A stretch of DNA of 64,000 bases, taken from the NCBI GenBank assembly GCA_937925685.1, contig CALAMI010000008.1, positions 77,518 through 141,517 on the forward strand. Reading direction: 5' to 3'. Below, piece after piece: positions 1 to 10,112 of this stretch (its first letter is position 1; every line of letters starts with the position of its first letter). This stretch comes from Candidatus Binatia bacterium (lineage in GTDB: Bacteria; Desulfobacterota; Binatia; HRBIN30). A model generated the notes under the pieces. It was given only the letters and a program-made list of their open reading frames with translations. It did no database searches and was not told where the DNA came from. Made by a program: the position numbers and the translations under genes.

Positions 1-263
1 GCAGTGGTGGCACGCAGTTCAGGGGGGCCCGCTTGCCGAGGAATTATTTCCGGGGGCATTTCGACTAGCAGAGTCCCGTGAAGTGAGTGGGATGCCGTCA
101 AGCGGGGCTTAACGGGAGGGTGCGGTGTGGCCACAGCCCCGAGTTGGATGCGGTGGTGCTTGCATTTGGCTTAGTTGCTCGGCAGAGGGTAGTTGTGATC
201 TTGGGTGCCAATGATAGCCGGATGTGATCCCCTGAACGAGGAATCGAATGATTGGAGGACGAG

Positions 264-1970
264 ATGGAAAAGTTGTTGCGTGTGAATATGAGCGATTTGA
301 GCTGGCGGGAAGAACCGTTCCCGAATGAGTGGAAGTTCATTGGCGGCCGTGGTCTCTCGGCAAAGATTCTGCTGAAAGAGGTCGATCCCCGCTGCGATCC
401 TTTAGGCCCGGGAAACAAGTTGATCTTTGCGCCGGGTGTTCTCTCGGGCACAATGGCGCCGACGTCTGGCCGGATGAGCGTTGGCGGGAAAAGCCCTCTC
501 ACCGGGGGCATCAAGGAGGCCAACTCTGGGGGCCAAGCTGGGCAAAAACTGGCGCGTTTGGGGTATCGAGCGCTGATTGTGGAAGGGAAGGCAAAAGACC
601 CTACGAAGCGTTACTTAGTCGCCATTGATAAGAATGGGGTTCAGATTCGTGAATGCCCAGAGCTCGCTGGCTTGCGTACTTACGCGGCCTCGGAGAAGCT
701 TGCGGGGATGTTTTCCCCACGGGCTGCTTTTATCCTCTGTGGGCCTGCCGGAGAAAAGGGATTTTCTGGGGCCAGCGTCGCATTTACCGACGAAGGAAAG
801 CGTCATCCGGCACGACACGCTGCCCGGGGGGGACTGGGCGCTGCTATGGGCTCGAAGGGCCTCAAGGCCGTTGTGGTGGATGACGAGGGTACTCAGGCAA
901 GGCAACCGGCGGATGCTGCTGCTTTTAAACAGTACGTGGCAAAACTTACAAAGGACTACAAAGCTGGACCGCAACTCTTTCAGTTCGGCACCTCCGCCAC
1001 TGTTCCCTTGGCGAATATGATGAGTACGTTCCCCACTCGTAACCGTCGGGAAATGCAGTTTGAGCATGCCGATAAGTTAGACGGCGCTCGGATCGTTCAG
1101 AATTTTGCTACCCGCGGTGGTGGGATGCACCACTGTATGACTGGCTGTATCGTTCGTTGTTCGAACATCGTGCACGATGCGAGCGGCCAGTATGTGACTT
1201 CAGCGCTGGAGTTTGAAACCTTAGCGTTGTGTGGTTCCAACTGTTGCATTGGGGACCTTGACCAGGTTGCCCGCATCGACCGTATGTGTGATGAGCTCGG
1301 GCTCGATACGATCGAGACCGGTGGCGCTATTGCCTTGGCGATGGACTGTGGAGCGCTTCCTTGGGGTGATGGCGAGGCCGTGCTCGCGTTGCTCGACAAA
1401 GTGGACAAGGGGGATGAACTTGCCGAAACGATTGCCCGGGGCGTCGTGGCTACCGCCAGGTATTTTGGCGTTACTGACCGAATACCAGCGATCAACGGTC
1501 AGGGCATTCCTGCCTGGGAGCCAAGGACGCTCAACGCCACAGGAATCACTTACGCAACGAGCGCTATGGGCGCCGATCATACCGCAGGTTTGGTTATTGC
1601 GACGTCTGGTGATTTGGCTCGAGCGTCGCAGGAGGCGCAGTTGGTCAATGCTTTGTGCGACTCGAGCGGGTTCTGCCAATTTCAGCAGCCCACGATCGAG
1701 GACATCAGAACTTTGTACAACTTCTTTTTTGGTACCAATCTGACATTCGAAGAGGCTGCGGAGCTTGGCTGGCAGTGCATGGTGGATGAGTGGGAATTTA
1801 ATCGCCGTGCTGGGTTTAAGTGGGAAGAGGCAGATCTGCCCGAATGGTTGCGCAAAGAGCCGGTGCCTTCGAACGGCGCTGTGTTTGCCGTGCCGCGTGA
1901 AGAAATCCAAAGGGTGTTTCAGCGCATGCCGATTTCTGATGAATTGCGCACGCTGAAAGCGGTGGGTTGA
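264..1970 (+). CDS. aor: Tungsten-containing aldehyde:ferredoxin oxidoreductase (AOR family)
   Basis: Translation of ORF 252..1970 aligns with the AOR family over its full length. N-terminus reads KLLRVNMSDLSW...FIGGRGL...KSPLTGG. Start moved to the internal Met (MEKLLRVN) typical of AORs. Confidence 0.85.
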   Translation: MEKLLRVNMSDLSWREEPFPNEWKFIGGRGLSAKILLKEVDPRCDPLGPGNKLIFAPGVLSGTMAPTSGRMSVGGKSPLTGGIKEANSGGQAGQKLARLGYRALIVEGKAKDPTKRYLVAIDKNGVQIRECPELAGLRTYAASEKLAGMFSPRAAFILCGPAGEKGFSGASVAFTDEGKRHPARHAARGGLGAAMGSKGLKAVVVDDEGTQARQPADAAAFKQYVAKLTKDYKAGPQLFQFGTSATVPLANMMSTFPTRNRREMQFEHADKLDGARIVQNFATRGGGMHHCMTGCIVRCSNIVHDASGQYVTSALEFETLALCGSNCCIGDLDQVARIDRMCDELGLDTIETGGAIALAMDCGALPWGDGEAVLALLDKVDKGDELAETIARGVVATARYFGVTDRIPAINGQGIPAWEPRTLNATGITYATSAMGADHTAGLVIATSGDLARASQEAQLVNALCDSSGFCQFQQPTIEDIRTLYNFFFGTNLTFEEAAELGWQCMVDEWEFNRRAGFKWEEADLPEWLRKEPVPSNGAVFAVPREEIQRVFQRMPISDELRTLKAVG

Positions 1971-2096
1971 TTGGTTGAGAAGATTTCAGGACGGAGAGAT
2001 GATGAACGATGGGCTAGTGTGTGGGCGGTGTGGCACTAGCTAAAGGGATATGGTCCCGTTAAAAGCGAAAAGTGGCCTAGAGCTGAGGAGCGATGT

Positions 2097-2360
2097 ATGG
2101 ACCAAGATAATCCAAAGCCGCTACGGCAAGGCTGGATGGGACGTTGGTTCCGCATCGTGGCTGGCTCGACGTTAGTCGGTTTGGGTATTATCGGCTTGTT
2201 CTTGCCGCTTCTACAAGGGGTGTTGTTTATCGTTATCGGTTTGTCCTTGCTGAGCACGGAGAGCGAGCGTGCCCGGCGACTCCATCAATGGGTTCGGTCG
2301 CATTGGCGTGAGCTGCGGACTCATCGTGAAAAAGGGGATTCTGTGCATGGTGTCCGATGA
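2097..2360 (+). CDS. Small membrane protein, PGPGW-type (two TM helices)
   Basis: 87-aa ORF with two hydrophobic helices (IVAGSTLVGLGIIGLFLPLL / VLFIVIGLSLL). Resembles the PGPGW small membrane protein family from memory. Confidence 0.5.
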   Translation: MDQDNPKPLRQGWMGRWFRIVAGSTLVGLGIIGLFLPLLQGVLFIVIGLSLLSTESERARRLHQWVRSHWRELRTHREKGDSVHGVR

Positions 2361-2694
2361 GAAGGATCGCTTAGGCCAGAAGCTTCGCGATGTCGAACGA
2401 GCGAGAGAGGATTTGTACTTTGCGGAGCAAGACCGCAAGCTCATCGAAAAGATGCGGCAAGCAAAGCAGGAAGAAATGGAATCGCACGTTCGCGAGCTGT
2501 CACGAATGCGCTGCCCAAAGTGCGGCGTGCGACTGCAACACGTGATCGAGCGGGGGATTGCTGTTGAGGAATGTCCGCAATGTCGCGGTGTATGGTTAGA
2601 CCGTAACGAACTCGAGGCCATTGCAGGAAGCGAGAAGGAAGGCTGGATTGCCCGTTGGTTAAAGGGGGAGTTTCGCCGGCCTGAGGCTCCGTAA
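2347..2694 (+). CDS. Zinc-ribbon domain protein (CPKCG...CPQCRG)
   Basis: C-terminal CPKCG-x17-CPQCRGVWLD C4 zinc ribbon preceded by a charged coiled-coil segment. Start placed at the internal Met MVSDEKDRL; it overlaps the end of the upstream small ORF. Confidence 0.6.
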   Translation: MVSDEKDRLGQKLRDVERAREDLYFAEQDRKLIEKMRQAKQEEMESHVRELSRMRCPKCGVRLQHVIERGIAVEECPQCRGVWLDRNELEAIAGSEKEGWIARWLKGEFRRPEAP

Positions 2695-2722
2695 AAGGTC
2701 GGGATCGGCCCTGTGAAGTCAG

Positions 2723-2764
2723 AAGCAAGCGAGGGAACCGCGATTCGGTTCCCTCGCTTGCTTT
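2723..2764. terminator. Perfect 18-bp stem / 5-nt loop hairpin between convergent genes (candidate bidirectional terminator)
   Basis: aagcaagcgagggaaccg-cgatt-cggttccctcgcttgctt read directly from the sequence. It lies between the zinc-ribbon gene (+) and the DUF1329 gene (-). Only a short T-run follows. Confidence 0.4.
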
Positions 2765-2903
2765 AGATGCTTGAGGCGGCCGTTTGGGCCTTCCCTTGGG
2801 GGTGCTGCATTGCCTCTAGCTCCGATGGGAATTTTGTTGTCCAAAAAGGAAGGGCCCCCATGGTGGGAGCCCTTCGATTCATGTTGCACAACGGTGATCG
2901 CAG

Positions 2904-4217
2904 TTAGTCGGAAATGCTGGTGAGATGCTTGAGGGTAAAGTAATCGCGCGGGAAGTTGGTTTCGATGAACTGTGAACTATATCGCCCCCCGATTGCGGAA
3001 CGATTGGTCTTGTCGTTCACACCAACCACCATGTTCGGTGTTACGGCGGTGAACGAGCCATCGTCACTTCGCGACCAGTGGTAAGCACACATGGCATTAT
3101 AGAAGTACTCGCCAGCCCGGTTGTGGACGAGCTTCCACCAGATGCGGTACATGTCTTTGTCCATGAACATGATCACTTTACCGAAGTTGTAATACGGGTC
3201 CTCGGACTGCCCCTCTAAAATCCAAACCGGTCGCGGGATCATATTCAAGTTTTCGACGATGAGCCACGGTGCACCTTTGGCACCGGGTGTTTCATAGGCT
3301 CCTTTGAAGTAAGGAATTTCAACTTCCCATCGCGTTGGCGACACCTGCTTTTGCTTCAGTGGCTCGGGGCTCAGGACAGGCGCTAAAATTTTCCCCTCGC
3401 CGATGAGCTTCCATTTGTAGTACTCGACCTTTCCGGCGTAGCAATTCACATCGTCTGCAAAGATATCCAACCCTGCAACAGGGTCGGATCGGGTTGCCGC
3501 GTTCACTCTTCGAACACGGCGCGTGGATGGAACGTAAAACCAAGCTTGGTCTTGCGACGTCCAGTCGTTGATGACTTTGGTCAGACCTCCGACTCCGTCG
3601 ACATCTTGGGGCTCTAAGACGTTAGAGAGGCTCGTTGCCCGAAGATTCTCAGGATTGTCGATGGGCCCAGCGGAACGCCCCAAAAACGCGTTAATATGGA
3701 GCCAGAGTTTAATGCGCTTGAACTCACCGCTGCTATCGATTCCGTTCAAAGTGAAAGTTGCACCTTGACCGTTACCCATGCCGTTGGCTGCCTGGAAGTT
3801 CCAAGCCATCTTGCAGGCGGCAAAAGGATCCTTCGGGTCGATCTTGGGAAACGGGTAGCCAAAGTAAAATTCCGGCATTTTACCTGTTTTCTTGTCTTTC
3901 AACCCGCACGTTGCCGGGTCGAGATCGTACTTGCCATCGTTGGCTTCGCTTGCCTCCCAAAATCTCTTGGAATAGTTTTGCTTGAACTTTTCGGGGTCGA
4001 CCGGCACCACGCGGAACCAGTACTCGCCGTTTTTGACGCGATTTAAAATCACCTCGGGCAGCAAATCTTTTCCTCGTTGCCAATTGTTTTGATCGAGAAT
4101 CCACGGCTTGTTGTCTTCTTCGGCTTGCTCAGCCAGGGTGCTTCGCCAAGGTGCGAACACCACTGCGAGTGCGAGCAGCGCACCATACCACACGTGGCAC
4201 TTCTGACCCCGTTTCAT
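2904..4217 (-). CDS. DUF1329-family periplasmic/outer-membrane-associated protein (lipoprotein-sorting-like)
   Basis: ORF 2904..4286(-) with the start trimmed to Met MKRGQKCHVWYGALLALAVVFA (signal peptide), preceded by a GGAGG RBS. Length and composition match DUF1329, and the genomic partnership with DUF1302/BNR/RND genes is typical of this family. Confidence 0.75.
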   Translation of the reverse strand: MKRGQKCHVWYGALLALAVVFAPWRSTLAEQAEEDNKPWILDQNNWQRGKDLLPEVILNRVKNGEYWFRVVPVDPEKFKQNYSKRFWEASEANDGKYDLDPATCGLKDKKTGKMPEFYFGYPFPKIDPKDPFAACKMAWNFQAANGMGNGQGATFTLNGIDSSGEFKRIKLWLHINAFLGRSAGPIDNPENLRATSLSNVLEPQDVDGVGGLTKVINDWTSQDQAWFYVPSTRRVRRVNAATRSDPVAGLDIFADDVNCYAGKVEYYKWKLIGEGKILAPVLSPEPLKQKQVSPTRWEVEIPYFKGAYETPGAKGAPWLIVENLNMIPRPVWILEGQSEDPYYNFGKVIMFMDKDMYRIWWKLVHNRAGEYFYNAMCAYHWSRSDDGSFTAVTPNMVVGVNDKTNRSAIGGRYSSQFIETNFPRDYFTLKHLTSISD

Positions 4218-4282
4218 ATCTTGACCTCCTGAGACTTTGTTCCTTTTCCTTTCCTCGAGACCGACCCTAGCACGAGGGACCG

Positions 4283-6871
4283 TCACTGGGCAGTCCCCAA
4301 TGCTGCCTGTCGCTGTTGCGCCAACATAGCTTTTGTCTTTCGATTCACCAAGAACCCGGGCCGCAGTACTTTAACGAAAGCGGGAACGACCACGAGCCCG
4401 CCGAACGTGTTAAAAGTCATCAGCAGGGCCAGAAGTAAGCCCATCTCCGCTTGGAACTTTAGGTCGGAAAACCAGAAAAATCCGGTCCCTGCAATCATGG
4501 TAGACGCGGTGAAGATGATGGCCTTCCCAGTGGTAGCAGTGGCGTAATCCACTGCCTCGTCAAGTTTGCCGATCTCGTCGTAAGTATCAATCATTCGGCT
4601 AAAATGGTAGATTCCGTAATCGACACCAACCCCGGCACCAGCGGCTGCAATCGGCAGGGAGTTGACGTTTAAATCGATGCGGAACCACACCATGAGGGCC
4701 TCGGCGGCAAGCTGGGAAAGCACGACGGGAATCATCAAGATGAGGGAGCAATATAGCGACCCATACGTGAGATAGAGACAGATGTAGACGATGAGAAAGA
4801 TGAGACCGAGGTTTTTCCAGTAGGAGTTTTCCACCTCCTCGTTGACCGCAGCCAAGATACCGAACAGACCACCGGCAAACCGGAAATCCACGAAGCCTTC
4901 TTTGTACTGATCTACAAATTGCCGGGCGTAGGCAATGGAATTCATGATGACGGCGTGAGAGTATTCGTGAAAGAGGGTAATGATCGAGCCATATCGAGCG
5001 CTGGGATCCATAAAGAAGTTCAGGGCTGCGATGTTGGCATTTTGAGTAAAGGTGTAAATAATCTGCCCGATTTCTTTGGGGTTCAATGGAATGATCGACC
5101 ACTTAGGATCACCGTCGTGTTGCAGCCGAGCAAGCTGCTTGATGATATCCACGATGGTAATGGTGCCACTTGCGCCCTTAGCCCCTTGCATGTGGTAGGC
5201 AAACTCTTCCATGGTCGTCAACGCTTCAGCGGACTTGACACCGTTCGGTTGCTTCGTATCCGCAATGATGATCAGTTGGCTCGCCCCCAGGAAACGCTTG
5301 TTGAGAATGTCGTAGGCAATGTTGTAAGGATGATCGGCAAACAGGAGCGCTGAACCGGGTGTCATATCGCCTACCTTCAGTTTCCATCCCCAGATGGGCA
5401 GCAGCGCATAGAGGGCAACGGCGAGAAAGATTACAGCCCAGCGGCGCCAGCCCTCGCTGGCATTAATGACCAGTTGAGTAAATGCAGGGTAGATGCGCTC
5501 GCAATAGGAAAGCCAGTACCAACCAATGACTGGGCTAACGGCAATGAAACAAAGCATGCCTGGGCCAATGAACTCGAGCGCCCGGGCGATGTTCGAAGGA
5601 AACAGCTGAATCAGGCTATGCATGACACCCAGGCGGTCGATCGCGATAGCAGCCACGATAGCGGCGAAAAGAATTGCGGTTCCTGCTCCGACACTGACTC
5701 CCACCTTGGAACGATGAGTATCATGATCGATTGGAGGCGGTGGATCGATGTAAGAGAGAATGATCGGATGCAAAGTCACCACGCTGATGAATATGGACAC
5801 TACCCAAAAGCTGGCAAAAATGGCCACCTTTTGGATCAACGGGATGGGTGCAACGGCGACGATGAGTAAACCAATGCCGTCGGTCACAATCGATGCGATC
5901 GCGGGTGCGAATAGGTGGGAGTAAGAGACCACAATAGCTTGGTTCTTGTCTTTCAAGCGATAGAATTCCTCGTGGTAGCGGTCCATCGACTGCACGGAAT
6001 GGCTAAGAGCCCGGGCCGTTAAAAAGAGGGGAATCACTAAAACCAGCGGGTCAAGGTTAAAGCCAAGCCAAGCTGCAATACCGAGTCCCCAAACGCTGGA
6101 AAGAATGCCGGAGAAAATGGGTACCCAGATGCCGGTCCACGTGCGGAAATAGGAATAAAGTAGAAAGGAAAGCGCCACCGTGGTCAGAACGAACACCAGC
6201 GCAAGCTGCCCCGAGTACTGAAGCACGGAAGTGTACAGCCAGGGAAAACCTGTAATGTGAACGCGGTGATTATTGTCCTCCACTTCCTTTACCAACTGCA
6301 TCATGCGGTCGTAGAGGTACCGGAAGTCGAGCGCTTCCTCCCAGAAGCCGGTGTTGACCACCGCGGCTGTGTCGTCGTTGGCAACGTAAACGCCGCGAAT
6401 GTTCGGGTTGGCATAAACGGCAAATCGCACCCGATTGGCATCCTCTTGGGTTTTCGGGACGCCGGGATAAAAGATGGGCCGGACTTGCACAGCCCCTTGC
6501 GTGGCGGTGGCACTGCTGACTGCGGGGTGGGCGATGGACAGGATCTGATAGGGGACGACCCCTTTGGTATTGATCATGAACTTGGTGATGTAATCGAGCT
6601 TTTGCAGGGTGGCGGGGTTATAGATGTCTCCCGACTTCACCTCCAAAATCACGTTCATCACGTTTGCAGTTCCGAACATTTTGCGGAATTCGTGGTAGAA
6701 TTTGATGTATTTGTGCTGCCGCGGGTAAAAGTCGAAGAAATCGGTGTGCAAGCGAATTTTGGTGAGTCCGTAGCTAAAAAACAGTGTCATCAAGGCCACG
6801 AATGCGGTGACCGAGCGCCGGTATTTCAGCAGAAACTGCAAGTACGCTTCGATCCATCGTTGGGGAAACAT
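4283..6871 (-). CDS. RND-superfamily exporter (MMPL/HpnN-like, 12 TM with two large periplasmic loops)
   Basis: 862-aa ORF with repeated hydrophobic blocks and MMPL-like architecture. It sits in the canonical DUF1302/DUF1329/BNR/RND gene neighbourhood. Confidence 0.85.
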   Translation of the reverse strand: MFPQRWIEAYLQFLLKYRRSVTAFVALMTLFFSYGLTKIRLHTDFFDFYPRQHKYIKFYHEFRKMFGTANVMNVILEVKSGDIYNPATLQKLDYITKFMINTKGVVPYQILSIAHPAVSSATATQGAVQVRPIFYPGVPKTQEDANRVRFAVYANPNIRGVYVANDDTAAVVNTGFWEEALDFRYLYDRMMQLVKEVEDNNHRVHITGFPWLYTSVLQYSGQLALVFVLTTVALSFLLYSYFRTWTGIWVPIFSGILSSVWGLGIAAWLGFNLDPLVLVIPLFLTARALSHSVQSMDRYHEEFYRLKDKNQAIVVSYSHLFAPAIASIVTDGIGLLIVAVAPIPLIQKVAIFASFWVVSIFISVVTLHPIILSYIDPPPPIDHDTHRSKVGVSVGAGTAILFAAIVAAIAIDRLGVMHSLIQLFPSNIARALEFIGPGMLCFIAVSPVIGWYWLSYCERIYPAFTQLVINASEGWRRWAVIFLAVALYALLPIWGWKLKVGDMTPGSALLFADHPYNIAYDILNKRFLGASQLIIIADTKQPNGVKSAEALTTMEEFAYHMQGAKGASGTITIVDIIKQLARLQHDGDPKWSIIPLNPKEIGQIIYTFTQNANIAALNFFMDPSARYGSIITLFHEYSHAVIMNSIAYARQFVDQYKEGFVDFRFAGGLFGILAAVNEEVENSYWKNLGLIFLIVYICLYLTYGSLYCSLILMIPVVLSQLAAEALMVWFRIDLNVNSLPIAAAGAGVGVDYGIYHFSRMIDTYDEIGKLDEAVDYATATTGKAIIFTASTMIAGTGFFWFSDLKFQAEMGLLLALLMTFNTFGGLVVVPAFVKVLRPGFLVNRKTKAMLAQQRQAALGTAQ

Positions 6872-6909
6872 TCGAGATTAACCTCCGACGGCTGTGGAAG
6901 TATGGTTGC

Positions 6910-7920
6910 TCAGTAGTTCTCCTTGAGGGCTGTCATTTTGTCACGATCGAGTGAGAGAACCAACCCCCTTGCGCCAACGACATACCCGCGGCCGTCAGGA
7001 AACAGCGTCACCCCACGGAACCACGAGCCTGCCATGCGGACGGGAATGTCATAGAGTTTCCAACTTTTCCCTGCATCCTGGCTGTAAAGCAACAGACCAC
7101 TATTCCCCACGGCCCAGCCAAATATGCCGCGCACGGCGATGTCGTACAAGGGCAGTACAAAGCCCTTGGGCATCGGAACTGACTGTCTCATCCAGGTCGC
7201 TCCACCATCTTCCGTAGCGAGCATCACGCCTTCCATCCCGACAGCCCAGGCCCGTTGATTGTCCAGCGCTGATAGCCCAAAGATGGTTGTTTCTACGCCG
7301 CTTTTCTGTTGTTGCCACGTGAGCCCGCCATCTTGGGAAAACAAAATCACTCCGAACTCTCCGGCAATCCAGACGTGGTTTTCGTCAGCAAAGGCGATGC
7401 TGTATAAGATGACATCTCCAGGCTGAACGACCTCAGCAATGTCAGGCGGTAATTCGATGTTCTCCGGGAGTGGAATTTGTGTCCACGTGTCTCCACTATC
7501 CTCGGTGCGCAAGACAGTGCCGAAATCACCTACCGTTAACCCCCTGTGTGGGCTTGCAAACTGAATATCTAGGAGGTGGCGGTTCGTACCGCTTGGCTGC
7601 ATCCGCCAGTTGAGCCCTCCATCAGGCGAAAAGGCAATTTGGCCCCCCTGCCCAGCGACCCACAGCTTGTCTCCCACACAGGAAACAGCCACGAAAGGCC
7701 GTTTGGTCCCCGCAGAATAGATCCGCCAATTTTGCCCCCCGTCGACCGTATGGAAGATGCGACCTAAGTCGCCAACGGCCCACCCCTCTCGAGCGCTTTT
7801 GAAGCAAACCGAAAAGAGGTTCTGACGGAGTTCGCCAGCGGGTACACTCGCTTGGGCAATCATCGTAGCGGAAAAAAAACAATTTAAGACCAAGAATATG
7901 AGCAAGTACGTCAGACGCAT
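6910..7920 (-). CDS. BNR/Asp-box repeat protein (Ycf48-like photosystem II stability/assembly-factor-like)
   Basis: Repeated SxDxGxTW-type motifs (TVDGGQNW, SPDGGLNW, TEDSGDTW, SQDGGLTW, TEDGGATW, SQDAGKSW). Start trimmed to Met MRLTYLLIFLVL (signal peptide). Confidence 0.8.
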   Translation of the reverse strand: MRLTYLLIFLVLNCFFSATMIAQASVPAGELRQNLFSVCFKSAREGWAVGDLGRIFHTVDGGQNWRIYSAGTKRPFVAVSCVGDKLWVAGQGGQIAFSPDGGLNWRMQPSGTNRHLLDIQFASPHRGLTVGDFGTVLRTEDSGDTWTQIPLPENIELPPDIAEVVQPGDVILYSIAFADENHVWIAGEFGVILFSQDGGLTWQQQKSGVETTIFGLSALDNQRAWAVGMEGVMLATEDGGATWMRQSVPMPKGFVLPLYDIAVRGIFGWAVGNSGLLLYSQDAGKSWKLYDIPVRMAGSWFRGVTLFPDGRGYVVGARGLVLSLDRDKMTALKENY

Positions 7921-8036
7921 TCTCACCGTTGAGCTGACCTCCCTTTTTGAGGGTTGTAGGAAACCCGCTAGTGGCGGGCAGTGCGTCGGCGACGGGCGCC
8001 GACGCACTGTTTCGTTCGCCCCGTTGGGATTGGGGC

Positions 8037-10022
8037 TTAGATAACATATTCGAACCGGAACTGAACGTTATCCCGATCCTTGAGTAAGCTCACCCCGCTT
8101 CCGCCCTTATAGATATGAGCGTCAATGACGCTGTAGTCGATGGCGAAACGGAAAGGATCGTACACAATGGTTAGGGCTGGTTGATAAACGATGGCACCTC
8201 CCCAGTCATAGAAGAAGGTAAATGCGGGATTAATCATGCCACTGCGAAAAGAGGTACTGATGAAGAGAGTGTGAAGAAAGGAGTCTGCCGGTTGCGTGAT
8301 GAACACAGGTTCGAGCCTGGGGAATACGGACCCATTATAGTTGAAATCAATGGCATCCAAATAAATCGGTAGCACTTGGCGATTGGGATTAGGGGCTGGG
8401 AAATCGCGTCTTTGCCCTGTCTGATTGTCTACAGCACTCACGACAATGGACCGACAAATTCCCCGGTCGACAAGGTCCTGATTGCAGTAAAGAGGGCCAT
8501 CCGGGGCCGCGTTCTTGATGTGCTTGTAGAAAAACTGCGTGGAGATGAAGAAGGTCTGGTGGGGATTGAGCCAACGGATCCATTGATTTCGGTCGATCCC
8601 CAAGACGAAGTTGATCGAGTCGCGCAACAATCGCCGTCCGTGGTTTCTGCGACCGGCGGCGGTACGTCTGGCGACGGTAAACTGGCCAAGATTGAACTCG
8701 AACGGGTCGAGGTCTTCCTGCTGGAACGATGGCTCATCTTTAAAATAGGCAAGCTCGCTACGGATCACGCTGTAGTATTGAGGCAATGCAAAGGTCGTGG
8801 TGACCCCGGAAACTTGTACCCGTGGCGCGGTTTGCACCGGATGAATTGGGCTACCACAATTGCGGTTGGTGTAATCGGGCCGAGTCGGATCGCCCGGTGT
8901 CGGGCACGGTAGCCCGTCGTTGATGCCGAATATGAAGGGTAACACTCGTCCTTGCGCATCCAGTTGCTGCGTCGTGAACACCTGCACTGCGGGTGTATCG
9001 AAGTAGGTGTAATAATGAGCCAAGCTAAAGGTGGCGTCGAAAAGGTTAAAGACGATGCGACCCCCACCCCGGGCATCCTTGAAATTGCGGGCGGGAGCGA
9101 TCTTAAAGGAGAGCGAATCGTTAGTCGGTGCACCTTGGCTCGGAAGTGCCCAAGGTGACCCGTTTGGTACCCCAGGGATGAAACCCACCTTGTTATCAAT
9201 GGCGACATACCCCTCGACGAACACTTCCGTTAGCGGTCCGAGATCGCCCCAATAATACTGGCCGCGCAACATGTCGAGAGGAACACGTCGTTCGTCAAGA
9301 GGCACGAGGAAGCCCCCGAAACTCGCATCTAACGGATTGATATTGTCCAGCAAACGGAATGCGTCAGTCTCGCCCCAGGACAAAAGTTGGCGCCCGATAC
9401 GGAAGAAGAAGTCACCGGTTTTGACGTCCAAATACGCTTGGAACAATCGCTCGCGGTGAACACCTTTTTTCCGTAAATTCTTCCGGAGCTGGAGGAGATC
9501 GTAAGGGACCTGCTGGAAGCCGTTTGGGAATAAGGGTGGGCCAATAAAGGGGTTGGGAGGATCAGCTTGAGCCAGCCGTTTGAACTCGCGGGCAGTTCGG
9601 AATTCCTTAGGTCCCCAATCATAAATTCCGTCACCTTCGCCTCGGAAAGTAAGACCGTAGCCGAGGTCCCGAATTTTGAACGGCAAATCGTTGAGGAGGC
9701 TTAACGGGCCGATGCCCTCCCGGCGCAAGCGGTCAAGGTCATGTTTCAGCTCTACTTCGATAAAAAAACGGTTTTGCCTCAAGTGCCCCGCAGCAGACCG
9801 GGGCCAGGTAGCCGATGTGGACACGCTGGGGTCGTCTGGATCCCTTGCCCCATCGTGGGTACGCTCGGTACCAATACGAGCGTTGACGTATGTTCGAACG
9901 CCGAGTTTGATATCTCCGTCCTTGTCTAAAGGTACAGCTCTCGCGGGCGGGCTTGAGAAATACACTGCCGCTAGACCGCTGGCAGCCACCCCCCACCAAA
10001 CCTTGCGCCAGAAACGCAGCAT
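8037..10022 (-). CDS. DUF1302-family outer-membrane protein (paralog 1)
   Basis: About 660 aa with a signal peptide (MLRFWRKVWWGVAASGLAAVYFSSPPARA), ending in a beta-barrel-like ...FRFEYVI. Paralogous to the 11448..13352 gene. Family assignment is by gene context (DUF1329/BNR/RND) and size. Confidence 0.7.
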   Translation of the reverse strand: MLRFWRKVWWGVAASGLAAVYFSSPPARAVPLDKDGDIKLGVRTYVNARIGTERTHDGARDPDDPSVSTSATWPRSAAGHLRQNRFFIEVELKHDLDRLRREGIGPLSLLNDLPFKIRDLGYGLTFRGEGDGIYDWGPKEFRTAREFKRLAQADPPNPFIGPPLFPNGFQQVPYDLLQLRKNLRKKGVHRERLFQAYLDVKTGDFFFRIGRQLLSWGETDAFRLLDNINPLDASFGGFLVPLDERRVPLDMLRGQYYWGDLGPLTEVFVEGYVAIDNKVGFIPGVPNGSPWALPSQGAPTNDSLSFKIAPARNFKDARGGGRIVFNLFDATFSLAHYYTYFDTPAVQVFTTQQLDAQGRVLPFIFGINDGLPCPTPGDPTRPDYTNRNCGSPIHPVQTAPRVQVSGVTTTFALPQYYSVIRSELAYFKDEPSFQQEDLDPFEFNLGQFTVARRTAAGRRNHGRRLLRDSINFVLGIDRNQWIRWLNPHQTFFISTQFFYKHIKNAAPDGPLYCNQDLVDRGICRSIVVSAVDNQTGQRRDFPAPNPNRQVLPIYLDAIDFNYNGSVFPRLEPVFITQPADSFLHTLFISTSFRSGMINPAFTFFYDWGGAIVYQPALTIVYDPFRFAIDYSVIDAHIYKGGSGVSLLKDRDNVQFRFEYVI

Positions 10023-10112
10023 AACCAACCCTCCTCTGTCTCCCAGCACCGACCCACAGTCGGTTCCTTGGTTTGCTTGTTGCCGTGAATCCCTACGCTA
10101 GGCGTCGGCCCC

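Noticed and set aside
1..263. Possible molybdenum/tungsten-cofactor riboswitch upstream of the AOR gene
   Set aside because: I could not identify the conserved Moco-RNA helices or loop sequences by eye. Reported only as something to scan, not as a feature.
98..523. 141-aa minus-strand ORF overlapping the 5' end of the AOR gene
   Set aside because: Pro/Arg/Ser-rich, no start context, and overlaps a well-supported gene on the opposite strand. This is typical spurious GC-rich ORF behaviour, as with 6257..6916, 20059..20754, 27487..28065 and many others in the track.
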